The translations under genes and the position numbers were made by a program. DNA of 64,000 nt, from contig CAWGBN010000006.1 in NCBI GenBank assembly GCA_963820825.1, forward strand, positions 608,001 through 672,000. Reading direction: 5' to 3'. The notes beneath the pieces were generated by a model. The model worked only from the letters and a program-made list of their open reading frames with translations, searched no databases and was not told where the DNA came from. The stretch is from Vulcanimicrobiota bacterium. Its GTDB lineage: Bacteria > Vulcanimicrobiota > Vulcanimicrobiia > Vulcanimicrobiales > Vulcanimicrobiaceae. Positions 49,416-59,291 of the stretch are shown piece by piece; the stretch's first letter is position 1, and every line of letters starts with the position of its first letter.

Positions 49416-50015
49416 ATGGAGCTGCAGCGTGCGCTCTCCGATCTCGCGGAGGTCCGGGATCGGCTGGTCCGGGTTCAGCGATTTGAGGGTTATTCGGCGG
49501 CTGCCGCGATTGCCAGCGGCGCCGGCGCACTCATCGCCGGCTACGTTCAGCGCCAGATGGTTCCCTTGCCCGTGCTGCCCGAGGCGTTGCACCGCTACGT
49601 CGTCATCTGGATGACCTGTCTCGCGTTCGCGCTTGCGCTTAACTACGGCGCCGTCACGGTCTGGGTTTGGAGGCATCGCGGTCCGGGTGCGGCGAGCGGC
49701 TTTCGCTCGGCGGCGCGTTCGATTGCGCCGAGCGTCGTGCTCGGCGGCCTTTTGACCGTTGCGTTGATCGACCGCGGGGCGTATAGCCTTTTGCCCGGAA
49801 CCTGGTTTGCGCTCTACTCGCTCGGGCTCTTCGCATCACGCGACGTCATCCCCGAGTCGACCTTTCCGATCACGCTCGGCTTTGCCGCGCTCGCCGCGCT
49901 CTTTCTCGTCTCGCCGCTGCAGAGCGTGGCGCTCGCGTGGTGGGTGATGCCGCTCGGATTCGGCACCGGTCAAATCGCGGTCGGCGGATTGATCTGGCGG
50001 GAGCGCGCGCCGTGA
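49416..50015 (+). CDS. 6-TM membrane protein
   Basis: GGAGG RBS and hydrophobic segments. Confidence 0.75.
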   Translation: MELQRALSDLAEVRDRLVRVQRFEGYSAAAAIASGAGALIAGYVQRQMVPLPVLPEALHRYVVIWMTCLAFALALNYGAVTVWVWRHRGPGAASGFRSAARSIAPSVVLGGLLTVALIDRGAYSLLPGTWFALYSLGLFASRDVIPESTFPITLGFAALAALFLVSPLQSVALAWWVMPLGFGTGQIAVGGLIWRERAP

Positions 50016-50377
50016 GCGATCCGCGCGAAGCACCCTTCTCGTACCCCGGGCTGGAACGGATCTTCCACGAGCGCGGCCGGCTGGCGATCTGCACCTGTCT
50101 GATCGCCCATTCCGATGGACTCAGCTTTACCGAACTGGCGGCGGCATGCGATCTCTCCGACGGCAACTTGAACCGGCACGTGCACGCGCTCGCCGATCTC
50201 GGAATCGTCGCAGTCGAGAAGCAGCGTGCGACGGGACGGCCGCAGACGATCTATCGCATCACCAAACGCGGGCGGCAGCGCTTTCTCGCCTACGTCGACG
50301 AACTCGAAGCGGTCGTGCGCGACGTTCACGAGCGATCGCAGCGCGCGCTCGTGAATCCGAAGCTGGCGACGACGTGA
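50012..50377 (+). CDS. Winged-helix transcriptional regulator (ArsR/MarR-like)
   Basis: IFHERGRLAI, LSDGNLNRH and GRPQTIYRIT..G. Confidence 0.88.
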   Translation: MSDPREAPFSYPGLERIFHERGRLAICTCLIAHSDGLSFTELAAACDLSDGNLNRHVHALADLGIVAVEKQRATGRPQTIYRITKRGRQRFLAYVDELEAVVRDVHERSQRALVNPKLATT

Positions 50378-51066
50378 CGCCGCAGCACGTCGCGATCGTC
50401 ATGGACGGCAACCGGCGCTGGGCCGCCGAGCGCGGGCTGCCGATATCCTGCGGCTATCGTCGCGGAATCGCCGCCCTGCGGCGCACGCTGCGCGCGGCGA
50501 GTCTTGCCGGCGTGCGCGTCGTAACCGCGTATGCCTTCTCGGAGGAGAACTGGGAACGCCCGGCCGGCGAAGTCGGGTTGCTGATGCGCCTTTGCGCGCG
50601 CGCTGCGCGCGGCGAACTGCGTCGCCTCGCACGGGAGAACGTTCGCGTGCGCCTCTGCGGCCGCACCGAACGTTTGCCCGCGAGCACGCGCGTCGCGCTC
50701 GAGGGTCTGGTGGCGGAGACGGCGCAGAATCGCGGGATTCTGCTCAATCTCGCGATCGACTACGGCGGCCGGCGAGAGATCGGAGACGCGGTGCGTGCGT
50801 TGGTCGAAGAGGTGCGTACCGGCGTACGCGAAGCGTCGTCGATCGACGAGCGCGCGCTGGCGAGCCGCCTCTACACGGCGGGTCTTCCCGATCCCGACTT
50901 GATCGTCAGAACGGGGGGCGAGTTGCGCCTCTCGAACTTCTTGCTCTTCCAATCGGCATACGCGGAGTTTTGGGCGACGCCGACCTATTGGCCCGACTTC
51001 GGCGAAGCCGAGCTCAAAGCCGCGCTCGACGACTTCGCCGCGAGACAGCGCCGCTACGGAACCTAG
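50374..51066 (+). CDS. uppS: cis-prenyltransferase (undecaprenyl diphosphate synthase family)
   Basis: HVAIVMDGNRRWA, YAFSEENW, RTGGELRLSNF and WPDF. Confidence 0.92.
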   Translation: MTPQHVAIVMDGNRRWAAERGLPISCGYRRGIAALRRTLRAASLAGVRVVTAYAFSEENWERPAGEVGLLMRLCARAARGELRRLARENVRVRLCGRTERLPASTRVALEGLVAETAQNRGILLNLAIDYGGRREIGDAVRALVEEVRTGVREASSIDERALASRLYTAGLPDPDLIVRTGGELRLSNFLLFQSAYAEFWATPTYWPDFGEAELKAALDDFAARQRRYGT

Positions 51067-51070
51067 ACGG

Positions 51071-51814
51071 CTACACGCCGATCTGGGCCAAGATCGAAAA
51101 GTAGCGCTGGGTCTTGGGATTCTCCCACCAGTTTGCAACGATCGCTTCGAGCTCGGGTAGCGCGCGCAGCGCACCGACGTGCTCGTTGATCGCACGCGGA
51201 TTCGGTAAGGGCGCTTCAACCGCTGCGTGCAGCTTCTCGATCATCGCGTGCGCAGCGTGATCCTGAGGAAGCGCGGCGTGAAGCTCGTCGCGGGGAACGG
51301 CCGCCTGCGCACGCAGCAGCGGAAGCAGCGTCTCAGCCTGCGTGATCAGTTCCTCACCGGCGACCATTCCGGTATCGTCGGCGTCTTCGATCTCCTTGCG
51401 CAGGTCGTCGGTCGAGCTCGATGTTGCGGCCGCAACGCTTTCGAGCACGCGGCCTAACCGAGCGTTGACGTCGTCGGCGACCGGCATGAGCGCGTCGTTT
51501 CCGACCACGCCGAGCAGCGCGCGCGCATCGATTGCCGAGACGACCGTCGCTCCATCGAGCCGCTGAATCACGACGTTGCAGGGAAGCAAGAGCCCAAGCT
51601 GCGGTTCGGCCTGCAGCGCGCGGTGGGCTAACTCGGGATTACACGCGCCGAGAATTCGGTACGGCCGGAGCTCCGCACCGATCTTTTCCTGCAGCGTTCT
51701 GCCGACGTCGATCTCGCAAAGCACGCCGAAGCCTTCGTTGCGCAGAGCGGAGCGCGCGGCTTCGATGGCACCGTCGTAATCCAGCGGCGTCGTCACCGAT
51801 TTCCCGTACTTCAT
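51071..51814 (-). CDS. DUF302 protein with extra helical C-terminal domain
   Basis: GFGVLCEID, ILGACNP and LLLPCNV. Confidence 0.8.
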   Translation of the reverse strand: MKYGKSVTTPLDYDGAIEAARSALRNEGFGVLCEIDVGRTLQEKIGAELRPYRILGACNPELAHRALQAEPQLGLLLPCNVVIQRLDGATVVSAIDARALLGVVGNDALMPVADDVNARLGRVLESVAAATSSSTDDLRKEIEDADDTGMVAGEELITQAETLLPLLRAQAAVPRDELHAALPQDHAAHAMIEKLHAAVEAPLPNPRAINEHVGALRALPELEAIVANWWENPKTQRYFSILAQIGV

Positions 51815-51914
51815 GGCTCCTATGCTGCGGCCTTGCCCCGGCAAATGCCTCCGTCGGAAGATTTTTGAGCGGCGGTTGATGGCTTCGCTCCGGTCCGAGC
51901 CGTACCATGAGGGC

Positions 51915-53336
51915 ATGCTTGCGGCGGTCTTGAGCGCGGGACTCCACACCTGGGCGTGCACGGTCGGGAAGATCAAGGCGCCCTCCACCTGCGGCACCTA
52001 CACCGTCTACGAGGACCGGGCAGCGGGAACCGGCCGCACGATCGATCTCAAGTTCATCGTGATCCACGCGATGCATCGCTCGAATCGCGCGATCGCTTGG
52101 AATCCCGGCGGTCCCGGCGCCTCGTCGACGGCGGCCGCCGAAACGATCGTCGACGGCAGCTTTGCACGCGAATTGATGATGCTGCGCGACCGGTACGACA
52201 TCTTGCTCGTCGATAATCGCGGGGCGGGCGGCTCGGCGCTGCAGCAATGCGATTTTGCACCGGCCGATCGCCCGCAGCTCTACTTCGCCCAGCTCTGGCC
52301 CGACGAGCTCGTCAGCCGTTGTCGCGCGCGTCTTGCCGAGCGTGCTAACTTGAGTCTCTATACGACCTCGATCGCGGCAGACGACTTGAACCAGCTGCGA
52401 GCCGCGCTCGGCTATCCCAAGCTCGTGCTCGACGGAGCCTCGTATGGAACGCGCTTCTATCTCGTTTACGCGCGCAGGCACCCCGAGAGCGTCGAGAGCA
52501 TCGTGCTCGACGGCGTCGCACCGCCACACTTCCTCATCATTCCGCTCGAAGACGCGCGCGGCGCGCAAGATGCGATGACGAAACTGATCGCCGAATGTAA
52601 GGCCGACGCCGGCTGCAACGGGCATTTTCCCCAGTTGGACCATCATTTCGATGCGCTCGTGCGCCGTTTCGATCGAGCCAGCGTCGTCGTGCCGCTCGAG
52701 AAGGCGAAGACGGGGCGCGTGGCGCGCGTCCGGCTTTCCAAGGAAGTCTTTGCCGATCGCCTTCGGCAGCTGCTCTACTATCCCGAATCGGCGAAGTATG
52801 CGCCGTTCGTGATCGACCGGGCCTATCGGGGCGATTACGGACCGCTGGCGATGATGGTGAACGTGCTCACGCTTGGCTTCGGCCAGATCCTCGCCGAGGG
52901 CCAGAATCTCTCGGTGACGTGCGCCGAGGACATACCGTTCATTACCGAGAGCGCGGTTGCGACCACGAGCGCAGACTCGTTCGAAGGCGACGAGCGCGTT
53001 CGCGCGCAGCAACGCGCCTGCCGCATGTGGAGCGTCGAGGCGGTGCCGGCGAGCTTCAACGAACCGGTGCGCAGCGATGCGCCGATCCTGATGATCTCCG
53101 GCAGCGACGACCCGACGAGTCCGCCGCAATACGCGCAGCGGGCGCTTCCCTATCTTCCAAATGCTCGAATCTTGTTGATGAAGAACGCCGGGCATGCGAC
53201 GGAGACGACCTGTTCCGACGCGCTGATCGTCGCATTCGTCCACGCCCAAAGCGCGCAGGGGCTCGACCTCAGCCGCTGCGGCGGCGCGTATCGCCGGCCT
53301 GCGTTCGCGACCTCGATGGCCGGCTTCGGGGATTAG
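51915..53336 (+). CDS. Alpha/beta hydrolase (TAP-like peptidase)
   Basis: NPGGPG, DNRGAG, GASYG, DDP and GH triad motifs. Confidence 0.88.
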   Translation: MLAAVLSAGLHTWACTVGKIKAPSTCGTYTVYEDRAAGTGRTIDLKFIVIHAMHRSNRAIAWNPGGPGASSTAAAETIVDGSFARELMMLRDRYDILLVDNRGAGGSALQQCDFAPADRPQLYFAQLWPDELVSRCRARLAERANLSLYTTSIAADDLNQLRAALGYPKLVLDGASYGTRFYLVYARRHPESVESIVLDGVAPPHFLIIPLEDARGAQDAMTKLIAECKADAGCNGHFPQLDHHFDALVRRFDRASVVVPLEKAKTGRVARVRLSKEVFADRLRQLLYYPESAKYAPFVIDRAYRGDYGPLAMMVNVLTLGFGQILAEGQNLSVTCAEDIPFITESAVATTSADSFEGDERVRAQQRACRMWSVEAVPASFNEPVRSDAPILMISGSDDPTSPPQYAQRALPYLPNARILLMKNAGHATETTCSDALIVAFVHAQSAQGLDLSRCGGAYRRPAFATSMAGFGD

Positions 53337-53378
53337 GATCGAAGGACCAACGGAGACGCCGATAAAATGGAGACGGGC

Positions 53379-53954
53379 ATGTCGAACATTGCGTGGGAGT
53401 CCGATTACCAGGGCGCGCTCGAACGCGCGCGTGCCGAGCGAAAGTTCGTCTTTCTGGACGTCTTCAACCCTGGTTGAGGGGGATGCCAAGCGCTGGATAC
53501 CGTGACGTATCCGCAGACCGAGGTCGCCGAAGCGATTCTCGCCCATAGCATTCCCGTTCAATTCGACAACTCAAAGAAAGAGAACAACGTTTTCCTGCAC
53601 GGCATCCACCACATCTGGACGCCGGACGTTCGCATTCTCTACCACGACGGGTTCGAGCTCTACCGCTGGGATGGTTTCCTGCCGCCTGCGGAGTTCGCGG
53701 CGCGAACGCTCTGCGGGTTCGGTCTTGCCTATCTTCGACTGAAGCGCTTCGAGCAGGCCGAGGAAGTCTACGTCGACGTCCTCAAGCGCTTCTCGACGAC
53801 CTACGCGGCGCCCGAGGCGCAGTATTATCTCGGCGTCACGCGTTACCGGCGAGATCCGGACAGCGACGAGCTATTGACCCAGTGGGCAAATCTCCGCTCG
53901 CGCTATCCCGAGAGCGAGTATCGCGTCAAGCAGTCGTTCAAAGATTTTCCGTAG
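53379..53954 (+). CDS. Thioredoxin-fold + TPR selenoprotein (UxxC)
   Basis: IAWESDY..AL..A...KFVFLDVFNPG-TGA-GGC; in-frame TGA at 53475-77; WTP cis-Pro loop; TPR-like C-terminus. Confidence 0.8.
53493..53516 (+). promoter_or_regulatory. Bacterial SECIS-like hairpin
   Basis: GGATAC-cgtgac-GTATCC stem-loop starting 17 nt after the TGA. Confidence 0.6.
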
Positions 53955-54498
53955 GCCTGCGAAGCGACGACTCGATCGACGCGCGCAGCTCGGACGACGG
54001 GGCGTTCCAAAGATCGGTAAACGACTTGAGGATGCGGGCCGTCAGTCCCCAGATATGGTGCCCGCCGTAATCGAAGGCATAAAGCGTTCGTCCGAGCGTC
54101 TTGCTTCGCGTGGTATCCTCGCGCACGGCACCCGGTTCGACGATCGCTGCCAGCGGAACGGTAAAGACGCCAACGGTCTCGGTGTGATCGATCGTCAACG
54201 GCGCGCCGGGATCGAGAATGCCGACCATCGGGGTAACGAGAAAGCGGTTGGCGACCTGCCGTACGCCGGGGAGTTGCCCGACGATGCGAACCCGATCCGA
54301 AGCAACTCCGACCTCCTCGTGCAGCTCGCGCAGCGCCGTGACCGCCGGATTGCCGCCGTCGCCCGGATCGGCGATCCCGCCGGGAAGCGCGACCTGGTTT
54401 GCATGGCGGCGAAGATGCCCGGCGCGCTCGATAAAGACGACGCCGTGCGGAGCGTCGGCGAAGACCGCAAAGATAACCGCCGCGTCTCTCCACTCCAT
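53938..54498 (-). CDS. Nudix hydrolase (CoA pyrophosphatase-like)
   Basis: ALPGG...TALRELHEEVG and IWGLTARIL. Confidence 0.9.
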   Translation of the reverse strand: MEWRDAAVIFAVFADAPHGVVFIERAGHLRRHANQVALPGGIADPGDGGNPAVTALRELHEEVGVASDRVRIVGQLPGVRQVANRFLVTPMVGILDPGAPLTIDHTETVGVFTVPLAAIVEPGAVREDTTRSKTLGRTLYAFDYGGHHIWGLTARILKSFTDLWNAPSSELRASIESSLRRPTENL

Positions 54499-54527
54499 CG
54501 TGTGCCTTTGCGGCGGATTGCCGGCCC

Positions 54528-54959
54528 TTAGGGAGTGGCGGTCGAGGTGCTTGCGCGGATTCGCGCGACCTGAGCCGGGCTTACCGTAGAAGCTTGATTG
54601 CCCCACGCGGTGCGAATGTAGGTGACGACGGCGGCGACGTCGGCGTCCGAAAGCCAATTTCTCCAGCCGGGCATCCCGCCGGTGTAGCGATGACCTCGTA
54701 CCGTGATGTCAACGAGCATCCCGTTGAGGGTCGCAGCGATTGCGGCGCTCGGATCTTTCGCCGTGACGTGCGGATTCTTGGCCAGTGGAGGAAACGTTCC
54801 GATAACGCCTTCGCCCGTTGCCTCGTGGCAGATGGCGCAACGGTCTTGGTAGATTGCGGCACCGTTCGGTGCGGCATCGGCCGGTCCGTCGCGGAGCAAT
54901 GCGAACGCGCATGCGACAGCGATGGAAACGGCGGCGAGCATGCTCTTCGTACTCATCAT
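54528..54959 (-). CDS. Cytochrome c
   Basis: Signal peptide, CAICH, FPPLA, GMP and YIRTAWGN. Confidence 0.9.
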   Translation of the reverse strand: MMSTKSMLAAVSIAVACAFALLRDGPADAAPNGAAIYQDRCAICHEATGEGVIGTFPPLAKNPHVTAKDPSAAIAATLNGMLVDITVRGHRYTGGMPGWRNWLSDADVAAVVTYIRTAWGNQASTVSPAQVARIRASTSTATP

Positions 54960-54977
54960 GAGCGACTCTCTACGCCG

Positions 54978-56330
54978 CTAGAGAGCGACGGTCATGCCGC
55001 GTTCGGCCGCGCTCGCCGCGACGCCGCGCTCTTTGAGAAGGGCGGCGAGCGCCGCAGCGCTCCCCGGCTCGGCGTGGACGAGATAGACGTTCACGTTGGT
55101 CGAGCCGATGGTTCCGAGCCAGCGCAGCAGTTCGGATTGGTCTGCGTGAGCGCTGAAGCCCGCGAGATGAACGATCGTTGCCCGAACGATCAAGCGGTCT
55201 CCGAAGATGCGAACCGGGCTCGTTCCGTCGATGATGAGACGCCCCAGCGTTCCGTGGACTTGGTAACCGGGAAAGACGATCGTCGCGCGCGGGTTGCAGA
55301 GATGGCGATGCAGATGGTGCAGGATGCGCCCGCCCGTGGCCATGCCGCTCGAGGCGAGAACGATGACCGGACCGCTGACCGCGTCGATCGCCTTCGACTG
55401 CTCGGCGGTGACGTCGAGCGTAACGTTTCGGCAGCCGAACGGCGCGCCGTCGCGATGTGGTAACGGCTTACACGCCTGGGGGTAACGCGCAAAGACCGCA
55501 TCGACTTCGATCGCCATCGGGCTGTCGAGGTGAACCGGAATCTTCGCAAGCGCCAGCTCGGTCTCTTGAAGCCGGCCGATTGCGACGAGCAAGTCTTGTG
55601 CCCGCTCGACTGCGAACGTCGGTATCACGATCGGGCCCCCGCGCTCGATTCCATCGAGCAAGGTCGCGCGCAGTATCTCGAGCGAGTCGGACGGGTGAAT
55701 GCGGTTGCCGTAGGTCGCCTCGCAGACCACCGTATCGGCCGCTTCGAGCGGCGTCGGATCGTCGAGCAGCGCCGAATCGTAGCGTCCGACGTCGCCGGAG
55801 AAGATCGTTCGTCTTCCTGCGCATTGCATCGACACGTAGGCAGCGCCGATGATGTGTCCGACGCCGTGATACCTCAAGCGCGCGCCGCAGACGTCGAAAT
55901 CCGTCTCCAATGGAACGGCCTCGAGCTGTCGAAGCGCCGTCCGCACGTCGGCATCGGTGAAGAACGGCGACAAGCCGTGCGAGCGCTCGTGAGAGAATCC
56001 ACGCTCGTGCATATGCCGCTGCAGATGGGCCGCATCCTCGAGCACGATTGCGATAACGTCGGCGGTCGGTGGCGTGCAGTAGATCGGGCCGCGGTATCCG
56101 TCGCGCACGATCTTCGGCAGATAGCCGACGTGGTCGAGATGGCCGTGCGTGATCACGATCGCCTGGAGTTCCGCAGGAGCGATAGGAAGCGGCGCGTGAT
56201 TGAGCGCTTCGATCTCGCGCGGCCCTTGGAAGAGGCCGCAATCGACGAAGAGACTCTTACCGGTGACGGTGACGAGGTGCTTGCTCCCCGTGACGGTGCC
56301 GGCCGCGCCGACGAACGTGAGCTCAGCCAC
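54978..56330 (-). CDS. MBL-fold beta-CASP ribonuclease family protein
   Basis: THGHLDHVG, EATYG, SSGMATGG and SAHAD. Confidence 0.92.
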   Translation of the reverse strand: MAELTFVGAAGTVTGSKHLVTVTGKSLFVDCGLFQGPREIEALNHAPLPIAPAELQAIVITHGHLDHVGYLPKIVRDGYRGPIYCTPPTADVIAIVLEDAAHLQRHMHERGFSHERSHGLSPFFTDADVRTALRQLEAVPLETDFDVCGARLRYHGVGHIIGAAYVSMQCAGRRTIFSGDVGRYDSALLDDPTPLEAADTVVCEATYGNRIHPSDSLEILRATLLDGIERGGPIVIPTFAVERAQDLLVAIGRLQETELALAKIPVHLDSPMAIEVDAVFARYPQACKPLPHRDGAPFGCRNVTLDVTAEQSKAIDAVSGPVIVLASSGMATGGRILHHLHRHLCNPRATIVFPGYQVHGTLGRLIIDGTSPVRIFGDRLIVRATIVHLAGFSAHADQSELLRWLGTIGSTNVNVYLVHAEPGSAAALAALLKERGVAASAAERGMTVAL

Positions 56331-56898
56331 GCGGCGCTTGAAAGGCGATCGATGTCGAACGGCCGCCGCCGGTAAACTGCTGCGTGCAGCGGTCGATCAA
56401 GCGTTCAGGGCTCTCTTCCTCGACGAGCACGGCGCCCGTCTCCTTATTGAAGAGCGCGGCGATCTCGGCGAAGTGATTCGATATGCCGCCCGACTTCAAT
56501 AAGACGCCGACCAGCTTGCCCTCGTCGTACGCGATGCAAAACTCGCCGAGCGTCCCGCTACGGCCGCCGATGAAGATGACGAAATCGGAGCTGTGAATGT
56601 TAGCGATCTCGCGTCCCATGAGCCCCGATCCGGTGAAGACCATCGTCGTGTACGGATCGGTCGGCGATTCGTATACCTGGACGTGCTCTTCGGGTGAATG
56701 CGCGGGCGAAATTCCGAGGCTCTCGCCACCGGCGTCGTGCGCGCCGAGCACCGCAGCGTGAGGAAGTCCGGGGCACGCTCCGGTGACGATCACCGCTCCG
56801 CTGCGGGCGATGCTCGCGCCGACGCGTCGTGCCAACGCGACGTCGTGGTCGCTCAGCGCTCCGCCGGACGACCCCATCACGCCGATCTGCATTCTCAC
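56323..56898 (-). CDS. LOG/SLOG family protein
   Basis: VTGACPGLP and GGRSGTLGE. Confidence 0.85.
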   Translation of the reverse strand: MRMQIGVMGSSGGALSDHDVALARRVGASIARSGAVIVTGACPGLPHAAVLGAHDAGGESLGISPAHSPEEHVQVYESPTDPYTTMVFTGSGLMGREIANIHSSDFVIFIGGRSGTLGEFCIAYDEGKLVGVLLKSGGISNHFAEIAALFNKETGAVLVEEESPERLIDRCTQQFTGGGRSTSIAFQAPRG

Positions 56899-57959
56899 GG
56901 GCTCAAGCTACCTCGGCCCGCGTTCTCCCACCCGAGAACGCGAGCTACCAGTTCGGTGCGGTTCCGGCTCCGCGTCTTGTCGACCATGCTCCTGACATGA
57001 TGCTGAACGGTTGAGTGGGCGATGTTCAGCTTGCGGCCGATCTCCTCGAGCTGCTCTCCATCGAGCAGCATCGCCAGTACCTGCAGCTCACGAGGCGAGA
57101 TATGATAGCGTGCGGCCGGCCCTCTGAGCGATTTCGGCGGCCTAAGCCGGTCGATGCGTACGCCGATGAAGAGTCCTGCGGGGCCTGACATTGGCTGCGT
57201 TCGCACGACTAAAAACGGAACGGGACGAGCGATGCCGGCCGCCTGCGTGCCGGACTCCTTACGCCAGCCGGCGATCAGCCCTCGCACGGCTTCTTCGAGC
57301 ACTCCGGGTAGACGATCGGCAATCCGCGTGCGTAGCCCGGTAAGTGCGACGCGGCGTTGCTGTTCGGACGTCCATGCCAGCACGATCTGAAAGTCGCGGT
57401 TTAGAACGTAGAACGATTCGCCCGAATCTTCCAGCGACTCGGCGTGTCGCGCTTCGTCGTCGAGTCGCTCGTCTACGTCGCGCGCAGTGGAGCGTTCGGT
57501 CTTGGGATCATCGAGACGCAGCGCCGAGAGGCGCTCCGACGTCGCATCGAGTGAGAGCGCCAAGACGCTGATTTCGCTCGAGGTGAAAGGTCCCAACTCG
57601 CCCGTGCGCAGGAGCGTGAGAATTCCAAAGCTGGCCTGGGAGTCGGCGAACAGCAGGGTGATTCCGCTTTCGAAATCGCCGAGCGGACCGAGCGTCGCAG
57701 CGATGCGCGGGCCTTTCTTCACCTTCCCGCGCTGGCGGGCGAACTCGTCCCTGAGCCCCACCAGGTCGCCGCCGTTTCCCCGGGAGTCGAGCAAGAGACC
57801 AGCTAGCTCTCCGTCGGCCATGAAGCGCGCAAAGGCCCAGCGCGAGGCCGGCACCACGCGCAGGATCGCTTTAATGATCGGATACGCCGGATCCGACTCC
57901 GGCACGAAGTCGGCCCGGGCCGTCAGGTCAGGCGATTTCGCAGGATCGGAGCTTTTCAC
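56895..57959 (-). CDS. LuxR-type HTH regulator with N-terminal sensory region
   Basis: ISPRELQVL...STVQHHV..K...NRTEL. Confidence 0.8.
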   Translation of the reverse strand: MKSSDPAKSPDLTARADFVPESDPAYPIIKAILRVVPASRWAFARFMADGELAGLLLDSRGNGGDLVGLRDEFARQRGKVKKGPRIAATLGPLGDFESGITLLFADSQASFGILTLLRTGELGPFTSSEISVLALSLDATSERLSALRLDDPKTERSTARDVDERLDDEARHAESLEDSGESFYVLNRDFQIVLAWTSEQQRRVALTGLRTRIADRLPGVLEEAVRGLIAGWRKESGTQAAGIARPVPFLVVRTQPMSGPAGLFIGVRIDRLRPPKSLRGPAARYHISPRELQVLAMLLDGEQLEEIGRKLNIAHSTVQHHVRSMVDKTRSRNRTELVARVLGWENAGRGSLSP

Positions 57960-58075
57960 GATGGTCAGTCTCTCGCGCCAATGGTATGCTAAACAGGCTT
58001 GTTCCTCTAAGCGGCGACGTACTGCCTCCCCGCGACGGCGACAAATTGCATCGTCCGCCTGAAAGCGTGATTAAT

Positions 58076-58468
58076 ATGGCTCGCGTATGTTTGGCCGTGG
58101 ATCGGAAGGATATCCCGTTGCTCGCGGCCGCGCTCAAAGGTGCCGGCGAGCCGGGCCGCGCGGTTCTCACCCATCTCGACGTGGCCACATTGGGAAAGCT
58201 GGCGCCCGACATTCTCATCGCCGACATCGATCAACAGAAGGTCGATTCGCTCGAAATGTTGCGCCAACTGCGCTTCGTTTTACCGGAGTGCGTCATCGTA
58301 GTTTATACCGGAGCCGGAAGGCGGGCGTGGGCTCGCGCATGCCATCTCGCAGGCGCCAGTTGCGTACTCTCCAAAGAATCGCGCGAACCGCTACTGGTAT
58401 CCGGCTTGCAGTACGCAATACAGTCTGGCTGCTTTACCGATCCGCGCCTTCTTCGTAGCGTGGCCTAA
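58076..58468 (+). CDS. Stand-alone receiver-like domain protein
   Basis: PDILIADID, IVVYTG and GASCVLSK. Confidence 0.65.
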   Translation: MARVCLAVDRKDIPLLAAALKGAGEPGRAVLTHLDVATLGKLAPDILIADIDQQKVDSLEMLRQLRFVLPECVIVVYTGAGRRAWARACHLAGASCVLSKESREPLLVSGLQYAIQSGCFTDPRLLRSVA

Positions 58469-58470
58469 CG

Positions 58471-58680
58471 ATGAACCCGATGGAGCGTGTCTGGATGCGC
58501 ATGAAGACGAGCGCGGCGAAATCTGCGGGTCAAAAGATCGTAGCTAGCATCCAAGACTCGAGAAATACGGTGCTCAAGCTCTGCCGCCAAGAAAAAGCCC
58601 AGACGCCGCCGCGAGAGGCGCTGCAGTTCCTTGTCAAGGAACTACAGCGCCTTACGCTGGAGGCACAGAATCTGGAGTAA
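58471..58680 (+). CDS. Small hypothetical protein
   Basis: Helical 69-aa ORF filling the operon gap. Confidence 0.45.
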   Translation: MNPMERVWMRMKTSAAKSAGQKIVASIQDSRNTVLKLCRQEKAQTPPREALQFLVKELQRLTLEAQNLE

Positions 58681-58706
58681 AAAGGGGAAGCGCCGATCAT
58701 TTGCCG

Positions 58707-59291
58707 ATGCGCCTATACCTAATCCGTCATGGTGAGACCGAATGGACGCTCTCGGGGCGCCACACGGGGCTCACGGATATTCCGCTGACCGCTCGTGGAG
58801 AAGGCGAGGCGCGCGAACTCAAGCCACTGCTTGCGCATATCAATTTCTCCGCGGTGTTCACGAGCCCGAGGCAGCGCGCGCGGCGGACGTGTGAGTTGGC
58901 GGGGCTCGGCCCGATCGCCACCATTGAGCCCGAGCTAGGGGAATGGAACTACGGCGACTACGAGGGACGGCGATCCATAGATATCGACGAGGAACGACCC
59001 GGCTGGAACCTCTTTCGCGACGGTTGCCCCCACGGAGAGATGCCGGGAGACGTCTCGGCTCGCGCCGACCGGCTCATTGCGCACCTTTGCGAGTCCAACG
59101 GCAACATCGCGCTCTTTTCGCACGGTCACTTCGGATGCGTCTTAGCCGTTCGCTGGATCGGATTGCCGGTGGTCGACGGGCAGCATTTCTCGCTGGCTCC
59201 GGCGTCGCTCAGCGCTCTCGGTTACGACCCGGGCCATCCTGACGTGCGCGCGATCGCACTCTGGAACGCGACGCTTCGTTTACAGACTTAG
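58707..59291 (+). CDS. Histidine phosphatase family protein
   Basis: RHGETEW, SPRQRA, EWNYGDYEG and SHGH. Confidence 0.92.
   Translation: MRLYLIRHGETEWTLSGRHTGLTDIPLTARGEGEARELKPLLAHINFSAVFTSPRQRARRTCELAGLGPIATIEPELGEWNYGDYEGRRSIDIDEERPGWNLFRDGCPHGEMPGDVSARADRLIAHLCESNGNIALFSHGHFGCVLAVRWIGLPVVDGQHFSLAPASLSALGYDPGHPDVRAIALWNATLRLQT

Noticed and set aside
51639..53561. Long antisense and alternate-frame ORFs (also 1575-2696, 3884-5050, 24774-25946, 35665-37011 and others)
   Set aside because: Shadow ORFs typical of high-GC DNA: Arg/Ala-rich, motif-free and overlapping well-supported genes.
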